Shown here: in pieces, positions 8,988 to 19,782 of the stretch | Numbering within the stretch: the stretch's first letter is position 1 | Layout: every line of letters begins with the position of its first letter | Origin: Desulfatiglandales bacterium | GTDB taxonomy: Bacteria > Desulfobacterota > DSM-4660 > Desulfatiglandales > Desulfatiglandaceae | Assembly: GCA_963662465.1 (NCBI GenBank) | Contig: OY759599.1 | Span: 6,496,001 to 6,560,000 of the forward strand | Length of the DNA stretch: 64,000 bases | Reading direction: 5' to 3' | Notes under the pieces: generated by a model | Seen by the model: only the letters and a program-made list of their open reading frames with translations | Told to the model about the DNA's origin: nothing | Databases searched by the model: none | Position numbers and translations under genes: made by a program

Positions 8988-10736
8988 AAGATTTTGGTTT
9001 CTGCAATAACAACGCCTATGTCATCCGGTATTCCAGACGGCCCTTGGGTCCGGCCGTTGGGAGAAATCCTTTCTGAAACCAGTGGGTTGCATGAAACCCA
9101 TCTTCAGCAGGCACTGCAGGTTCAGGAAGAAAAAGGGGGAAGACTGGGAGAGATCCTGATTCGCCGGAAGGTGATTACGGAAGGCGATCTACTCGCTGCT
9201 CTGGGATTGCAGTGGGATTTGCCGGTTTCCATGACCCTGCCCTTTGAAGATCTGAATACGGCTTTTACCGAAAATACGCCCATTCAGTTTCTCAAGAAAT
9301 TTAAACTGGTCCCCGTGGTTACCCGTCAAGGGGCCACTATTGCCGTCAATGATCCTTTACAGTTTCAGGCCCTGGATGATGTGCGGAGACTGCTGGATCT
9401 GGAGGATGCGGCCGTGGTGCTGGCGCCTGTTTCGGCGATTTTTTCAGTCATCAACGCGGCCTACGACGTAAGCGGCGATTCCGCTGAGCGGGTCATCGAG
9501 GACATGCAGGAGGGAGAAGCCGGTCGCATATTATCGGAAATCGAGGAGACAACGGATCTGCTGGAGGATACCAGCGACGCCCCCGTGGTGAAACTGGTCA
9601 ATCTCATGCTGAGCCGGGCGGTCAAGGCCCGGGCCAGCGATATCCATATCGAGCATTCCCAGCGCAAACTGCGCATTCGATACCGGGTGGACGGCATCCT
9701 TTACGACATGCTGAGCCCGCCCAAACATATTCAGTCGGCCCTGATTTCCCGCATCAAGATTATGGCCAAGATGAACATTGCCGAGAAGAGACTGCCCCAG
9801 GATGGTCGTATCAAGATCCGTATCGCGGACAAAAATGTTGATATTCGCGTGTCTACCATTCCCGTGGCATTTGGAGAACGGGTGGTCCTTCGGTTGCTGG
9901 ATAAAACCAACGTGCTGCTCAAGGCAACGGACCTGGGCATGCCCCAAAAGGATTTGACGACCTTTGAACAGCTCATTACCTCCCCCCACGGCATTATTCT
10001 GGTGACCGGCCCCACGGGCAGCGGCAAGACCACCACCCTTTATGCGGCGTTGTCCACCATCAATAAGACGGATATCAATATCATTACTATCGAGGACCCC
10101 ATCGAGTACCAGATCGACGGGATCGGCCAGATCCAGACCAACAGCAAAATTGATCTCACCTTTGCCAAGGGATTGCGCTCCATTGTCCGCCAGGACCCGG
10201 ACGTGATTCTGGTGGGGGAGGTGCGTGATCTCGAGACCGCCGAAATCGCTATCCAATCGGCCCTCACCGGGCATTTGGTTTTTTCCACCCTGCATACCAA
10301 TGATTCCGCCGGCGCTGTGACCCGCCTCATCGATATGGGCATCGAACCCTTCCTTGTTACGTCTTCAGTGACCGCTATTCTGGCCCAGCGGTTGGTGCGG
10401 GTTATTTGCGCCCAATGCCGTGAGGCGTACACCCCGGACGAGGAATCCCTCCGGAAGGTCGGCATCACTCGCGAGATGGCCCAGGGGGCGACCATCTATC
10501 GGGGGCGAGGATGTCCCGCCTGTCTGGATACGGGGTTCAAGGGCCGAACCGGTATCTTTGAGTTTATGGTGCTGGATGAAAAGATCAAAAACATGATTTT
10601 AAAAACTTCCGATGCCAATGCCCTCAAGCGGGCTGCTATCGAGGGAGGAATGACCACGCTGCGCCGGGACGGCGCCCGAAAAGTCCTTGAGGGGGTTACC
10701 ACCATCGAGGAAGTTTTCCGAGTGACCTATCAGTAA
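8976..10736 (+). CDS. gspE: Type II secretion ATPase GspE (start GTG 8976 or ATG 9018)
   Basis: MshEN-like RLGEIL, ASDIHIE, RLPQDGRI, Walker A GPTGSGKT, RQDPDVILVGEVRD, CxxC...CxxC zinc motif. Confidence 0.95.
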   Translation: MKSEKILVSAITTPMSSGIPDGPWVRPLGEILSETSGLHETHLQQALQVQEEKGGRLGEILIRRKVITEGDLLAALGLQWDLPVSMTLPFEDLNTAFTENTPIQFLKKFKLVPVVTRQGATIAVNDPLQFQALDDVRRLLDLEDAAVVLAPVSAIFSVINAAYDVSGDSAERVIEDMQEGEAGRILSEIEETTDLLEDTSDAPVVKLVNLMLSRAVKARASDIHIEHSQRKLRIRYRVDGILYDMLSPPKHIQSALISRIKIMAKMNIAEKRLPQDGRIKIRIADKNVDIRVSTIPVAFGERVVLRLLDKTNVLLKATDLGMPQKDLTTFEQLITSPHGIILVTGPTGSGKTTTLYAALSTINKTDINIITIEDPIEYQIDGIGQIQTNSKIDLTFAKGLRSIVRQDPDVILVGEVRDLETAEIAIQSALTGHLVFSTLHTNDSAGAVTRLIDMGIEPFLVTSSVTAILAQRLVRVICAQCREAYTPDEESLRKVGITREMAQGATIYRGRGCPACLDTGFKGRTGIFEFMVLDEKIKNMILKTSDANALKRAAIEGGMTTLRRDGARKVLEGVTTIEEVFRVTYQ

Positions 10737-10768
10737 ACGCCAAATTTCTTTATTGAGGCACCCTTTTT

Positions 10769-11407
10769 ATGACTAAAAACAAAGCGCTACGCGCCGTCAT
10801 TTTCGATTGTGACGGCGTCATGTTTGACTCTCGCCAGGCCAACATCAATTTTTACAACCATCTGCTGGCCCGCTTTCATTTGCCGCCCATGGACCCGGAA
10901 GAGATTGATTATGTTCATATGGCCACGGGCCGTGATTCCGTGGCGCATATTTTCAGGAAAACACCCCATTTTGAGGAAGCCGACGCGTACCGGCTGCAAA
11001 TGGATTACACCCCGTTCATCAGGGATATGATGATTGCCCCCGGGCTCAAGGATCTCCTAATAAAGCTGCGGCCGCAATTTCGCCTGGCGGTGGCCACCAA
11101 TCGGAGCAATACCATTCAGGATGTGTTGGAACAAAATGACCTGACCGGGCTTTTTGATATGGTGGTATCTTCCCTGGACGTGAAGAACCCCAAGCCTCAC
11201 CCGGAATCCGTTTTCAAAATCCTGGATTTTTTTGGTTTGGAGAGTACTCAGGCCATTTACATCGGAGATTCATCCGTAGATTATGAAACGGCCAGAGCCG
11301 CTGATGTCTGTTTTGTAGCCTATGGGAATGATCAGTTGGAAGCCGCTTTCAAGGTAAATACCATGGGGGAGGTGGCGGCGGTGCTTCGGGCCTTTGATGG
11401 GTGTTAG
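10769..11407 (+). CDS. HAD-superfamily hydrolase (phosphoglycolate phosphatase-like)
   Basis: FDCDGV motif I, ATN motif II, KPHP, YIGDS motif IV. Confidence 0.85.
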   Translation: MTKNKALRAVIFDCDGVMFDSRQANINFYNHLLARFHLPPMDPEEIDYVHMATGRDSVAHIFRKTPHFEEADAYRLQMDYTPFIRDMMIAPGLKDLLIKLRPQFRLAVATNRSNTIQDVLEQNDLTGLFDMVVSSLDVKNPKPHPESVFKILDFFGLESTQAIYIGDSSVDYETARAADVCFVAYGNDQLEAAFKVNTMGEVAAVLRAFDGC

Positions 11408-11411
11408 GACT

Positions 11412-11439
11412 GAGGTCGGAGGTCAGAGGTCAGAGGTCG
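11412..11439. repeat. Heptamer tandem array (GAGGTCR)x4 between convergent genes
   Basis: gaggtcg gaggtca gaggtca gaggtcg. Confidence 0.9.
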
Positions 11440-11457
11440 GATAGCGGAAAGTCGGCG

Positions 11458-12264
11458 TTATTTGATTTCCGTGGCGAAATTCTTCTGGATATAAGAGCCG
11501 GGAACGGCCAGGTTGATGGCGCTGTAGGCCTTGAATCCAAGGCTCACCACGCCGATGAGTTTGCCTTCCTTGTCTACAACGGGTCCGCCGCTGTTGCCCC
11601 CAATCACCGGGGCCGAAAACTGTATCCAATCCCCTTTGTAAGGGGCTTTCATTTTCAGCTCTTTTTTGAAATCCTTTTCGGGGAATATCCGGCTGAAGTT
11701 GCCGCTGGTAACTGTTTCTTTGAAAGCCAGCAGGGGGTTGCCCACAACCCAGACCTGCTCTCCCCGAACCAGCGTGTCGGTTTCCCGGATTTCGAGATAG
11801 GGGGTGGGTTTTCCCACGATGACCTGGATCAGCGCCAAATCGTTCTTTCGGCTTTTTTTTAAAATTTTCACCGAATATTTTTTCTTTTCTCCGGCCAGTT
11901 CGGCCTTCATGCTGTAGGTGGCCCCTGAAACCACATGCTTTGCCGTTATGGCGAGACCTTTATCATTGATGAAAAACCCGGAACCGCCACCTTTCCGGTT
12001 GGTCAGGCGAAAGGTGCATTGGACTGCGTGATCTATGGGGTTATCGGAAATGGCAATGGGGTTTTTTTCGGGGGGTGGTGCTTCCTTGAATTTTCTTTCC
12101 TCAACGTCTCCTCCGGCCTGGTCCGGATGGGGCGGCCGATCGGAAAAATGGACGGTGCCGTCCTTGCCGTGCCATATGTAGGCCTTTCCCGCGATGGCCC
12201 CTGCCGATAGGAAACAGACGTTTCCCAACAGGATGCACAGGACTGTTATGAAATATCGCTTCAT
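11458..12264 (-). CDS. Exported trypsin-like serine protease with N-terminal DUF4124-like domain
   Basis: Signal peptide; YIWHGKDGTVHFSDRPP; catalytic H (TAKHVV), D (NDLAL), S (GGNSGGP); no PDZ; start overlaps upstream stop. Confidence 0.85.
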   Translation of the reverse strand: MKRYFITVLCILLGNVCFLSAGAIAGKAYIWHGKDGTVHFSDRPPHPDQAGGDVEERKFKEAPPPEKNPIAISDNPIDHAVQCTFRLTNRKGGGSGFFINDKGLAITAKHVVSGATYSMKAELAGEKKKYSVKILKKSRKNDLALIQVIVGKPTPYLEIRETDTLVRGEQVWVVGNPLLAFKETVTSGNFSRIFPEKDFKKELKMKAPYKGDWIQFSAPVIGGNSGGPVVDKEGKLIGVVSLGFKAYSAINLAVPGSYIQKNFATEIK

Positions 12265-14138
12265 CGAGTACTCCTTCCCGGTTGCTTCCATACGGCCTGC
12301 TTGCCTACGCCAGGCGAGAAAGGCGCCAGCGTTATCACCCGGTACCCTTTTTGATAGAGAAACAGGGCCACTTCCGGTGGCAGGGCAAGGGGCGTCATGA
12401 AGACGGAATGTCCCTGTTCCGTAAAAAAGATAATGCCGGAGAGGGTCAGCTTGATATTGTTTTTGCGGTTAGGGGCCGTGGAGAAAGTATGGGGCCCCAT
12501 TTTATGTTGCCATCCCAGAAAAGCCAGGGTTTTTGATGCCATGTTCAGGGCATCCGCCTCTTTTGAAAGGGAGAGAACTGAAACGCCCCTCTCTTTTAGC
12601 AGGGCGACAATTTCCGGGTCCAGCCCGCTGAGATCGATCACCCGTTCCTTTCCATGAGATTGCAAATGAAAATCCGCTGTAACGGTCAGTTTGAAATCAT
12701 CATTTTGGCTTTCAAAAGCCGAAATTTTAACTTTTGCGTCATGGGGGTGCCCGGTCAGGGTCAAGAGCATTTCAATCAGGGATACCGGATCCAAGGCTGC
12801 TTCCGGTGCTTTTTGGGGAAGCGGTTTCAGGGTTTCTTCCGCTGAAGGGAATTCGATCAGCACCACATCAAGTTGTTTCAGGAAGGTCTTTATGGTTTGG
12901 GGGACCGCCTGATGTGGGTCGTCAAGAAGGTTAATCACCATAAACCCGGGATATTCGCCTGCCGGGTTTCCGGGTGGAATGACAATCCAGTCCCCGGTAA
13001 TGCTGACCGGGATAGCCCCCGAAAGTTTCAGGGGGTCTCCTTTTTTAAAAATTTTCGGGTATTGAAACGCTCTCAGGATTTCGTTAAAGGCGGATGCCAA
13101 ATCGTCTTTGGGCGAAAGGTGAACAATTCGATAGGTTCCCCAACTGGATTCGATGACCCGGCCCATTCTCGACGGAAGGGAATTATAAAGGTCTACGATC
13201 AGGGTTGTGCCTCCATGGAGTTTGACGATGGGGTAGGCGTCGGCTTTGAGGTTGATGTGTCCGCCCGATTTTATGGGAATAAAGTGTTCGCCTGAATGTA
13301 TCCATTGTTCGCCCATTTGCGGAACAATATCGCACAGGCCCGCGGCAACGGAGGTTATGGTTTGTTGTTTCTGCCCGGAGGAAGATTCTAAATCGGTAGC
13401 GACGACCGGTAAAGTCGCCTGTTTTATGGGCCTTGGTATTTCAGAAACGGGTTTTGGGTTCGGCAGCCGTAGCCTTTTGGAATCGGCCAGGTCCCTCATG
13501 ATAGGGGGCTGCGAAGGCGCTGAGGCAACCGGTTCATGCCATACCGGGGGGTAAAGGGGCAGGTTGACGATTTGCCCGGGAAAGATCCTGTCAGGATTTT
13601 TGATGGATGGATTGCATTCTTTAAATAGGCTCAGATACTCTGTTATAAAAACTTGGACTGTAAGAGGGTATCGTTTGATGGCGACTCGGCAGAGGGTATC
13701 TCCCCTCTGAATTCGGTAGGGTTCGAATTTCAATCCGGGGGAGGACGAAGAAACTTTCTTTGTGGAAACGGTGTTGGTAATTCGCAAGGGAAAGGGTTTT
13801 TCTGTGTGTCCCTGGTTTTCCACTTGCACCTCAGGGGCCGCTTTCACCATGATGATGATCCGTTCCCCCGGCTGTATCAAGTTGAAATCTTTCATGGACT
13901 TGTTGAATTCTCGAAGTATTTCAAGAAGCCTGGGCAGGTTGTTTTCTTTGAGTACCCCTTTTTCTCTCAGAATTTTAGCGATCCAGTCGCCTTCCTGGAC
14001 CACATACTCCTCGGTCTGAAAATCGATGTAGGGCGGGGCTATTTCTTCAGCCGGCGCTGTTAATGGCGCGGCGGCCAGAAAGAAAACCAGGATTCCCAGT
14101 GTCGTCAAGACTTTTTTGAGGGTGACTGTTTTAAACAT
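12261..14138 (-). CDS. Exported LysM-domain protein
   Basis: Signal peptide; two LysM-like units (YVVQEGDW...IQPGERI; YRIQRGDTL...IFPGQIVNLP). Confidence 0.75.
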   Translation of the reverse strand: MFKTVTLKKVLTTLGILVFFLAAAPLTAPAEEIAPPYIDFQTEEYVVQEGDWIAKILREKGVLKENNLPRLLEILREFNKSMKDFNLIQPGERIIIMVKAAPEVQVENQGHTEKPFPLRITNTVSTKKVSSSSPGLKFEPYRIQRGDTLCRVAIKRYPLTVQVFITEYLSLFKECNPSIKNPDRIFPGQIVNLPLYPPVWHEPVASAPSQPPIMRDLADSKRLRLPNPKPVSEIPRPIKQATLPVVATDLESSSGQKQQTITSVAAGLCDIVPQMGEQWIHSGEHFIPIKSGGHINLKADAYPIVKLHGGTTLIVDLYNSLPSRMGRVIESSWGTYRIVHLSPKDDLASAFNEILRAFQYPKIFKKGDPLKLSGAIPVSITGDWIVIPPGNPAGEYPGFMVINLLDDPHQAVPQTIKTFLKQLDVVLIEFPSAEETLKPLPQKAPEAALDPVSLIEMLLTLTGHPHDAKVKISAFESQNDDFKLTVTADFHLQSHGKERVIDLSGLDPEIVALLKERGVSVLSLSKEADALNMASKTLAFLGWQHKMGPHTFSTAPNRKNNIKLTLSGIIFFTEQGHSVFMTPLALPPEVALFLYQKGYRVITLAPFSPGVGKQAVWKQPGRSTR

Positions 14139-14219
14139 TCCGGTACTCCTGGTTTTCTGGGAAAATTAAATCTTGGGGCTGTTACATACTTCCTCAAATT
14201 TTTGAACAGAGCGAAACCT

Positions 14220-14873
14220 TTATAACCCCAGATTTTCATTAATCAGGACCACCTTGATCCGGCCCTTCGGAAAGGACTTCTGCGTAATGGTCCATGAGTT
14301 GCAGATACGGTCAGGGCTTTTGCATTCCTCACACACCGCGGTTTTGGCGCAGGGTGTTTTTTTATTTAGTCGCATGGCGTTTATGGGGGCCACATAGTCT
14401 TTGATGCGGTCCATGGCGGCTTCCAGATCCGCTACGACTTTATTCCTGCCGACCAGTACGACCACGTTTTTGGGGCCGAAGGTAATTCCCGACACGCGAT
14501 TTCCGATCATGTCCAGGTTCACCAGTTCTCCGGTCCGGGTTACGGCATTGGTTCCCGTGATAAACAGATCCACCAGAAGCGATTGCCTTCTCCGCTCCAG
14601 GCTTTCTTCCGGGGATAGGGTTTTATCAAAGGTATCCAGGATGTCGGCGTTGGGATAGGCTTTGAGCATATCATAGAGCTCTGTTGCCACAAACGTCATG
14701 GAGCCCCCCCAGGAAATGGTTTTGGGAGCGAGCTTGGGCAGGATTTTGTCCATCACCATTCGGCCTGCTTCACGGGCGGTTTCCACGATGAAGACCTCGA
14801 AATTGTTTGATTTTAAGGCTTCTTTCAGGTTTTCTAGATGAAGCTGCCAGTAATTTCGAATGGGTTTTTCCAT
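14220..14873 (-). CDS. LUD-domain (lactate utilisation/YkgG-like) protein
   Basis: SWGGSMT, DLFITGTNAVT, NLDMIGNRV, GRNKVV, C-terminal PC...C..C....RIC cluster. Confidence 0.8.
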   Translation of the reverse strand: MEKPIRNYWQLHLENLKEALKSNNFEVFIVETAREAGRMVMDKILPKLAPKTISWGGSMTFVATELYDMLKAYPNADILDTFDKTLSPEESLERRRQSLLVDLFITGTNAVTRTGELVNLDMIGNRVSGITFGPKNVVVLVGRNKVVADLEAAMDRIKDYVAPINAMRLNKKTPCAKTAVCEECKSPDRICNSWTITQKSFPKGRIKVVLINENLGL

Positions 14874-14904
14874 TGACTTTCTCCTTTTCCTTTAAGGTCT
14901 TTCA

Positions 14905-16332
14905 TCAGGGGGTGAAAACCACCCCTTGCTTGTTTCGCATCGCAGTGAATGCCAGGCCCAGGGCCTTGATGCATCGCTCCGGTTCTGCGAATACGGGGTA
15001 ACCCATTGACTCTAAACTGTTTGTTAGGTCGTGCGTCATGGCCATGCTGGGACCGTAAACCCAAGTCGCCAGGGGTTTATGAGCGCTTTCCTTCAGCGCT
15101 TCATACCCTTCGATGTAGGCCTTTGTATTCTTGCCTTCGGCATCCGCCCAAATGACATTAAAAAGGCAGTCCACGTTTTCGTCATTCATAACCGCAGTCA
15201 GTATTTTAGTGTACACGCTGGAAAAATCCTTTACGGATGGGATCATGGGACCGATGTCCACCGGCACGTGACCCAGGCCGGGAAACATTTCCTCCAGCAT
15301 TCGGGATGTATCCCTTGAGAGCCGGGCGCGAACCAGGCCGTGTTTAGCCCCTTCATCCAGTGCCGCGACCCCCACCGCCCCCGTATAACTCACCATGCCG
15401 AAGCGGTTTCCCCGGGGAAGCGGCTGGGATGCAAAAAACCTAGGCATTTCAAAAATTTCGCTGAACTGATCCAGGCGCAGCACCCCGGCCTGGCGGCAAA
15501 CCGCATCAAAGATGTCGTCGTCAATGGCCAGGCTTCCGGTGTGGGAGGCTGATGCCCGGGCCCCTTCCTCCGTGGCGCCCAGTTTCAGGAGCAGAATGGG
15601 TTTTTTTAACGCCACTCGTTTACAAACGTTCAGGAACCGTTTTCCATCCCTGATGCTTTCCACATAGACGCTGATGACCCGGGTGTCGGCGTCGTTTTCC
15701 AGGTATTCCAGGAAGTCGCATTCATCCAGATCACATTTGTTTCCAAAATCGCAGATTTTGCTGATGCCGTAACCCAGATCCCCATAGGGATAGGCCTGTG
15801 GATTGATCATTCCGGTTTGCGAGCAGATGGACACCGTCCCCTTTTTTAATGGGTAGTACCCTGCATCATAGGGGCAGGGATTGAAACCGTTTATGGCATT
15901 GGTAATGCCGGCGGTGTTGGGCCCGACGATTCGAACGCCCAATGTTTTGGCAAGACGCACCACTTCCTCCTGAAGCCGGGCTCCCTCCGCATCCCGTTCC
16001 GCAAAACCGTCCGCCACCAGGATGATGGACTTGATGCCGGTTTCCGCGCAACTTCTGATGACGCCCGGAACATGACGGGCGTTGATCATCAGCATGGCCA
16101 AATCGGCTTTTCGGGGAATTTCCCGAAGGGATAGATAGACCGTAAGGCCCAGAACTTCCTTATAGGCGCCGGGATTGACGGGATAGATGTTCCCCTTGTA
16201 GCCGGCTTTCAACAGGCTTTTGACGACCACATATCCGCCGAAGACCCCTTCCCTGAAAGAACCGACAACGGCCACGCCTTCGGGTTCAAAAAAGGGGGAG
16301 AGATCGTGTTTTTGGGCTTGGTCTTGAAGCAC
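14905..16332 (-). CDS. CoA-binding acyl-CoA synthetase (ADP-forming) alpha-type subunit
   Basis: FFEPEGVAVVGS, YPVNP, RIVGPNTAG, DFGNKCDL, phospho-His motif ASHTGSL; GTG start; no ATP-grasp domain fused. Confidence 0.85.
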   Translation of the reverse strand: MLQDQAQKHDLSPFFEPEGVAVVGSFREGVFGGYVVVKSLLKAGYKGNIYPVNPGAYKEVLGLTVYLSLREIPRKADLAMLMINARHVPGVIRSCAETGIKSIILVADGFAERDAEGARLQEEVVRLAKTLGVRIVGPNTAGITNAINGFNPCPYDAGYYPLKKGTVSICSQTGMINPQAYPYGDLGYGISKICDFGNKCDLDECDFLEYLENDADTRVISVYVESIRDGKRFLNVCKRVALKKPILLLKLGATEEGARASASHTGSLAIDDDIFDAVCRQAGVLRLDQFSEIFEMPRFFASQPLPRGNRFGMVSYTGAVGVAALDEGAKHGLVRARLSRDTSRMLEEMFPGLGHVPVDIGPMIPSVKDFSSVYTKILTAVMNDENVDCLFNVIWADAEGKNTKAYIEGYEALKESAHKPLATWVYGPSMAMTHDLTNSLESMGYPVFAEPERCIKALGLAFTAMRNKQGVVFTP

Positions 16333-16415
16333 TTTGGTCTTTTCCTCCTCGTCCAGGCATAGGCAGTAGACCCATGCGTCATTCCGGGCAATGAATATGT
16401 TTAATTTCTTATCTC

Positions 16416-16637
16416 TTATTTCATTAATATCCTGGCGCCGGCGAACCCGATGAAAACGGATGATCCGGCCACAAGCTGGTTTTTATCGTAAAACTCAATT
16501 CCAATCAAAACCGCCAGTAAAATGAATAAAAGTCCTATGATTTTGGGCCTTCTAATTTTTTTCAAGATAAAGTCGGAGAGAAACAAGCTGACCCAGAACA
16601 GAACAAAGGCCAGGCCGACCACAATCATCAATTCCAT
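16416..16637 (-). CDS. Small membrane protein (about 3 TM), unknown function
   Basis: 73 aa hydrophobic ORF with AAGGA RBS-like sequence upstream; AT-rich. Confidence 0.5.
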   Translation of the reverse strand: MELMIVVGLAFVLFWVSLFLSDFILKKIRRPKIIGLLFILLAVLIGIEFYDKNQLVAGSSVFIGFAGARILMK

Positions 16638-16855
16638 ACTTCAATCCTTTTCATTCGTTTTTTTTATCAATGCCAAAAATTTTTAAGCAACATAATATCA
16701 GATTGCCGTAAAAAAAACAGCCTTTTCATCCGACCTAGAAAAGGGCTCGCCCTTGCGTTTTGGGAATATGCCGTGATATAAATAAATCGTCCGGCATTGA
16801 ATGGTTCGATGCGGGTAAAGAGTTCCATCAGACCTGATTCTCATTGGAGTTTTAC

Positions 16856-18928
16856 ATGGCCCGGCCGTTTCATTCCATCTATTCTCATGGGTTTATCCGT
16901 TCGGCGGTTTGCGTGCCGGCCCTGCGCGTTGCCGATCCGGTCTACAATCTGAAACATACCTTATCGCTTGCCTACCGCGCTTCCGATCATCATGCCGCAA
17001 TGGCGCTCTTTCCGGAACTGGGGATTTCCGCCTTTTCCAACGAGGATCTGTTTCATCAGGATGCGTTGCTGGAAGCGGTTCGAGAGGCCGTGAGCGAGCT
17101 CATCGATGAAAGCAAAAACCTGTTTCCCGTCTTGCTGGTGGGCGCTCCCCTTCGCTTCCGGGGAAAGCTGTTCAACTGCGCCCTGGTCATCTACCGGGGA
17201 CAGGTGTTGGGGATCGTGCCGAAAACATACCTTCCCAACTACCGGGAATATTATGAAAAACGTCAGTTTGTTTCCGCTCGCCATGCGCTGGAACCGGAGG
17301 TCCGTTTTCAGGGGCAATCCGTGCCATTCGGCAACGATCTGATTTTTGAGGCGGAAAATTTACAAGGATTCGCTCTGCATGTGGAAATTTGCGAGGATAT
17401 GTGGGTGCCCATTCCGCCCAGCACCTACGGGGCCCTTGCCGGCGCAACGGTGCTGGCAAACCTGTCCGCCAGCAACATTACGGTGGGCAAAACCGACTAC
17501 CGGCGTCTTGTTTGTGCTTCCCAATCCGCCAAATGCATTGCCGCCTACCTCTATTCCGCTGCCGGCTATGGGGAATCTACAACGGACATGGCCTGGGACG
17601 GCTACGCCATGATTTACGAGAACAATGTCCTGCTGGCTGAAACAGAGCGCTTTCAGACGGAAGAACAGATTATTTTGGGGGATATTGATCTGGAGCGTTT
17701 GTTGCAAGATAGGATGCGTACTACGAGTTTTCAAGACACGGCATTCGATCATCGCGCACGGGTATCTAAAATGCGGCGGATTCCCTTTGCGTTTAAGCTT
17801 CCCGAAGGGAGTGTTTCGCTCATGAGAAACGTCTCTAGATTTCCCTATGTGCCGGGCGAATCCTCCGTGCGCGATGATCGCTGTTATGAGGTCTACAATA
17901 TTCAGGTCCAGGGTTTGATGAAGCGCATGTCGGCCGCTGGCGTCAAGAAGCTTGTCATCGGTGTTTCCGGGGGCCTTGACTCCACACAGGCGTTGATTGT
18001 GGCTGCCAAAACCATGGATCGCCTGGGTATTCCGCGCACCCACATTCTCGGTTACACCATGCCCGGGTTTGCCACCAGCGACGCCACACGGAACAATGCC
18101 CATGGGCTGATGAAGGCTTTCGGGATTTCGGCCAGGGAAATCGACATTCGACCGGCCTGTCTGCAAGTGTTTAAGGATATTGAGCATCCCTTTGCCGGAG
18201 GGGAGAAGCTCTACGACGTCACCTTTGAAAATGTGCAGGCGGGTCAACGCACGGCGCATCTTTTTAGATTGGCCAATTTTCATGAGGCCATTGTGCTGGG
18301 TACCGGTGATTTGAGCGAGCTGGCCCTGGGGTGGAGTACCTATGGTGTGGGAGACCAGATGTCCCATTACAACGTTAATGGCTCTGTTCCCAAAACGCTG
18401 ATTCATCATCTCATTCGCTGGGTGGTGAAAACCGGCCAGTTCAGCGGAGAAACCGATGATGTTCTTACGGCTATCGCCGGCACGGAAATTTCTCCGGAAC
18501 TGATACCCAACGAAAATGGCGATCAGGCGGAACCTTCACAGAAAACAGAATCCGTCATCGGTCCCTATGCGCTTCAGGATTTCAACCTTTATTATATCAC
18601 CCGGTTCGGATTTCGTCCCAGCAAGGTGGCGTTTCTGAGTTACTGTGCCTGGGGAGACAGAAACTGCGGGATCTGGCCGGGAATCCTGCCGTCGGCTCAG
18701 CGGAATCAATATGACTTGCCCACCATCAAGGGATGGCTTGAGGTATTTCTCTATCGTTTTTTCAAAACCAGTCAGTTCAAAAGATCCGCGCTTCCCAATG
18801 GTCCCAAGGTGGGCTCGGGAGGGTCCCTTTCTCCCCGTGGAGACTGGCGGGCGCCCAGCGATTCGGAAGCGACCGTATGGCTTGACGAGTTGCATGAAAA
18901 TGTTCCCGATTCTCTTAGTGACGAGTGA
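16856..18928 (+). CDS. nadE: Glutamine-dependent NAD+ synthetase
   Basis: Nitrilase domain ([24 protein letters not shown]) plus synthetase ([49 protein letters not shown]). Confidence 0.95.
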   Translation: MARPFHSIYSHGFIRSAVCVPALRVADPVYNLKHTLSLAYRASDHHAAMALFPELGISAFSNEDLFHQDALLEAVREAVSELIDESKNLFPVLLVGAPLRFRGKLFNCALVIYRGQVLGIVPKTYLPNYREYYEKRQFVSARHALEPEVRFQGQSVPFGNDLIFEAENLQGFALHVEICEDMWVPIPPSTYGALAGATVLANLSASNITVGKTDYRRLVCASQSAKCIAAYLYSAAGYGESTTDMAWDGYAMIYENNVLLAETERFQTEEQIILGDIDLERLLQDRMRTTSFQDTAFDHRARVSKMRRIPFAFKLPEGSVSLMRNVSRFPYVPGESSVRDDRCYEVYNIQVQGLMKRMSAAGVKKLVIGVSGGLDSTQALIVAAKTMDRLGIPRTHILGYTMPGFATSDATRNNAHGLMKAFGISAREIDIRPACLQVFKDIEHPFAGGEKLYDVTFENVQAGQRTAHLFRLANFHEAIVLGTGDLSELALGWSTYGVGDQMSHYNVNGSVPKTLIHHLIRWVVKTGQFSGETDDVLTAIAGTEISPELIPNENGDQAEPSQKTESVIGPYALQDFNLYYITRFGFRPSKVAFLSYCAWGDRNCGIWPGILPSAQRNQYDLPTIKGWLEVFLYRFFKTSQFKRSALPNGPKVGSGGSLSPRGDWRAPSDSEATVWLDELHENVPDSLSDE

Positions 18929-18955
18929 CAAGTATACTACTCATCACTCGTCACT
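18917..18955. repeat. Inverted heptamer hairpin overlapping the nadE stop
   Basis: agtgacgagtga (18917-18928) is the exact reverse complement of tcactcgtcact (18944-18955). Confidence 0.9.
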
Positions 18956-18987
18956 TCAAGAGGGAGTTGAACCGTGAAACATGAAAA

Positions 18988-19779
18988 ATGGAGGGGATGA
19001 AACAAATGACCAGCGACCTTTCAAAAACGCCTCCCATTGTACGCCTGTCGTACCGAAAAGGAGACCTCATCATCAAGGAAGGGGACTACGGTGTTTCTAT
19101 TTATAAAATCATGGACGGCAAAGTAGGGGTTTACAAGGAAGCCGAAGGCAGAGAGATTTTGCTGTCCACCCTTGGACCGGGAGACCTCTTTGGTGAACGG
19201 ACATTTCTTGGCAGGGCCGCGGAAATCCGTTCGGCATCGGTTCGGGCCCTTGAACATACGAGCGTGGAGGTGTGGCATACGGCAAGACTATCCAGTGAAT
19301 ATAAGGAAATGCCGCCCATTATCAAATATATCATCGATCAGGTCTTGGTCAGGTCCACTCGAATGAACAAGCTTATCGTTCAGTTGGTTACGAAGGAGCA
19401 GAAGGAAAAGGCCGCTGGAAAACGATCGGATCCATTGGCTTCGGAACGAAAGTTTTACCGGAAAAATGTGGATATTCCCTGCCGCTATCGACCGTTGGGG
19501 GCATCCAACAAATTCAGTCTTGGCGGAAGGATTAAAGACATCAGTCTCGATGGGCTGGCCATGGTGGTCATGCTCGGGGATACGGCGGGCATTTCCCATG
19601 CAAAGGGGGAAATTTTTGTGGTAAACGTTGTTTTGCCCAACCGGCGGAACCTGGAACTGGAAGCGGAAGTGGTGGCTGTTCAACGAAGTGAAATGCCCGA
19701 AGGACTCGTGTTGAGCATGTCCATCACGGAAATTTCGGCCGGTTCGAGAAAATCGCTGGGGTTTTTTTTAATGCCGTAG
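18988..19779 (+). CDS. Cyclic-nucleotide-binding domain + PilZ domain protein (start may be 19006)
   Basis: cNMP cassette (IIKEGD, GDLFGE...RSASV); PilZ RxxxR (RKFYR) and DxSxxG (DISLDG). Confidence 0.85.
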   Translation: MEGMKQMTSDLSKTPPIVRLSYRKGDLIIKEGDYGVSIYKIMDGKVGVYKEAEGREILLSTLGPGDLFGERTFLGRAAEIRSASVRALEHTSVEVWHTARLSSEYKEMPPIIKYIIDQVLVRSTRMNKLIVQLVTKEQKEKAAGKRSDPLASERKFYRKNVDIPCRYRPLGASNKFSLGGRIKDISLDGLAMVVMLGDTAGISHAKGEIFVVNVVLPNRRNLELEAEVVAVQRSEMPEGLVLSMSITEISAGSRKSLGFFLMP

Positions 19780-19782
19780 GGT

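Noticed and set aside
17360..18409. 349-aa minus-strand ORF (and similar long antisense ORFs over gspE, purL and DUF711)
   Set aside because: Fully overlap well-supported genes on the other strand and show no recognisable motifs.
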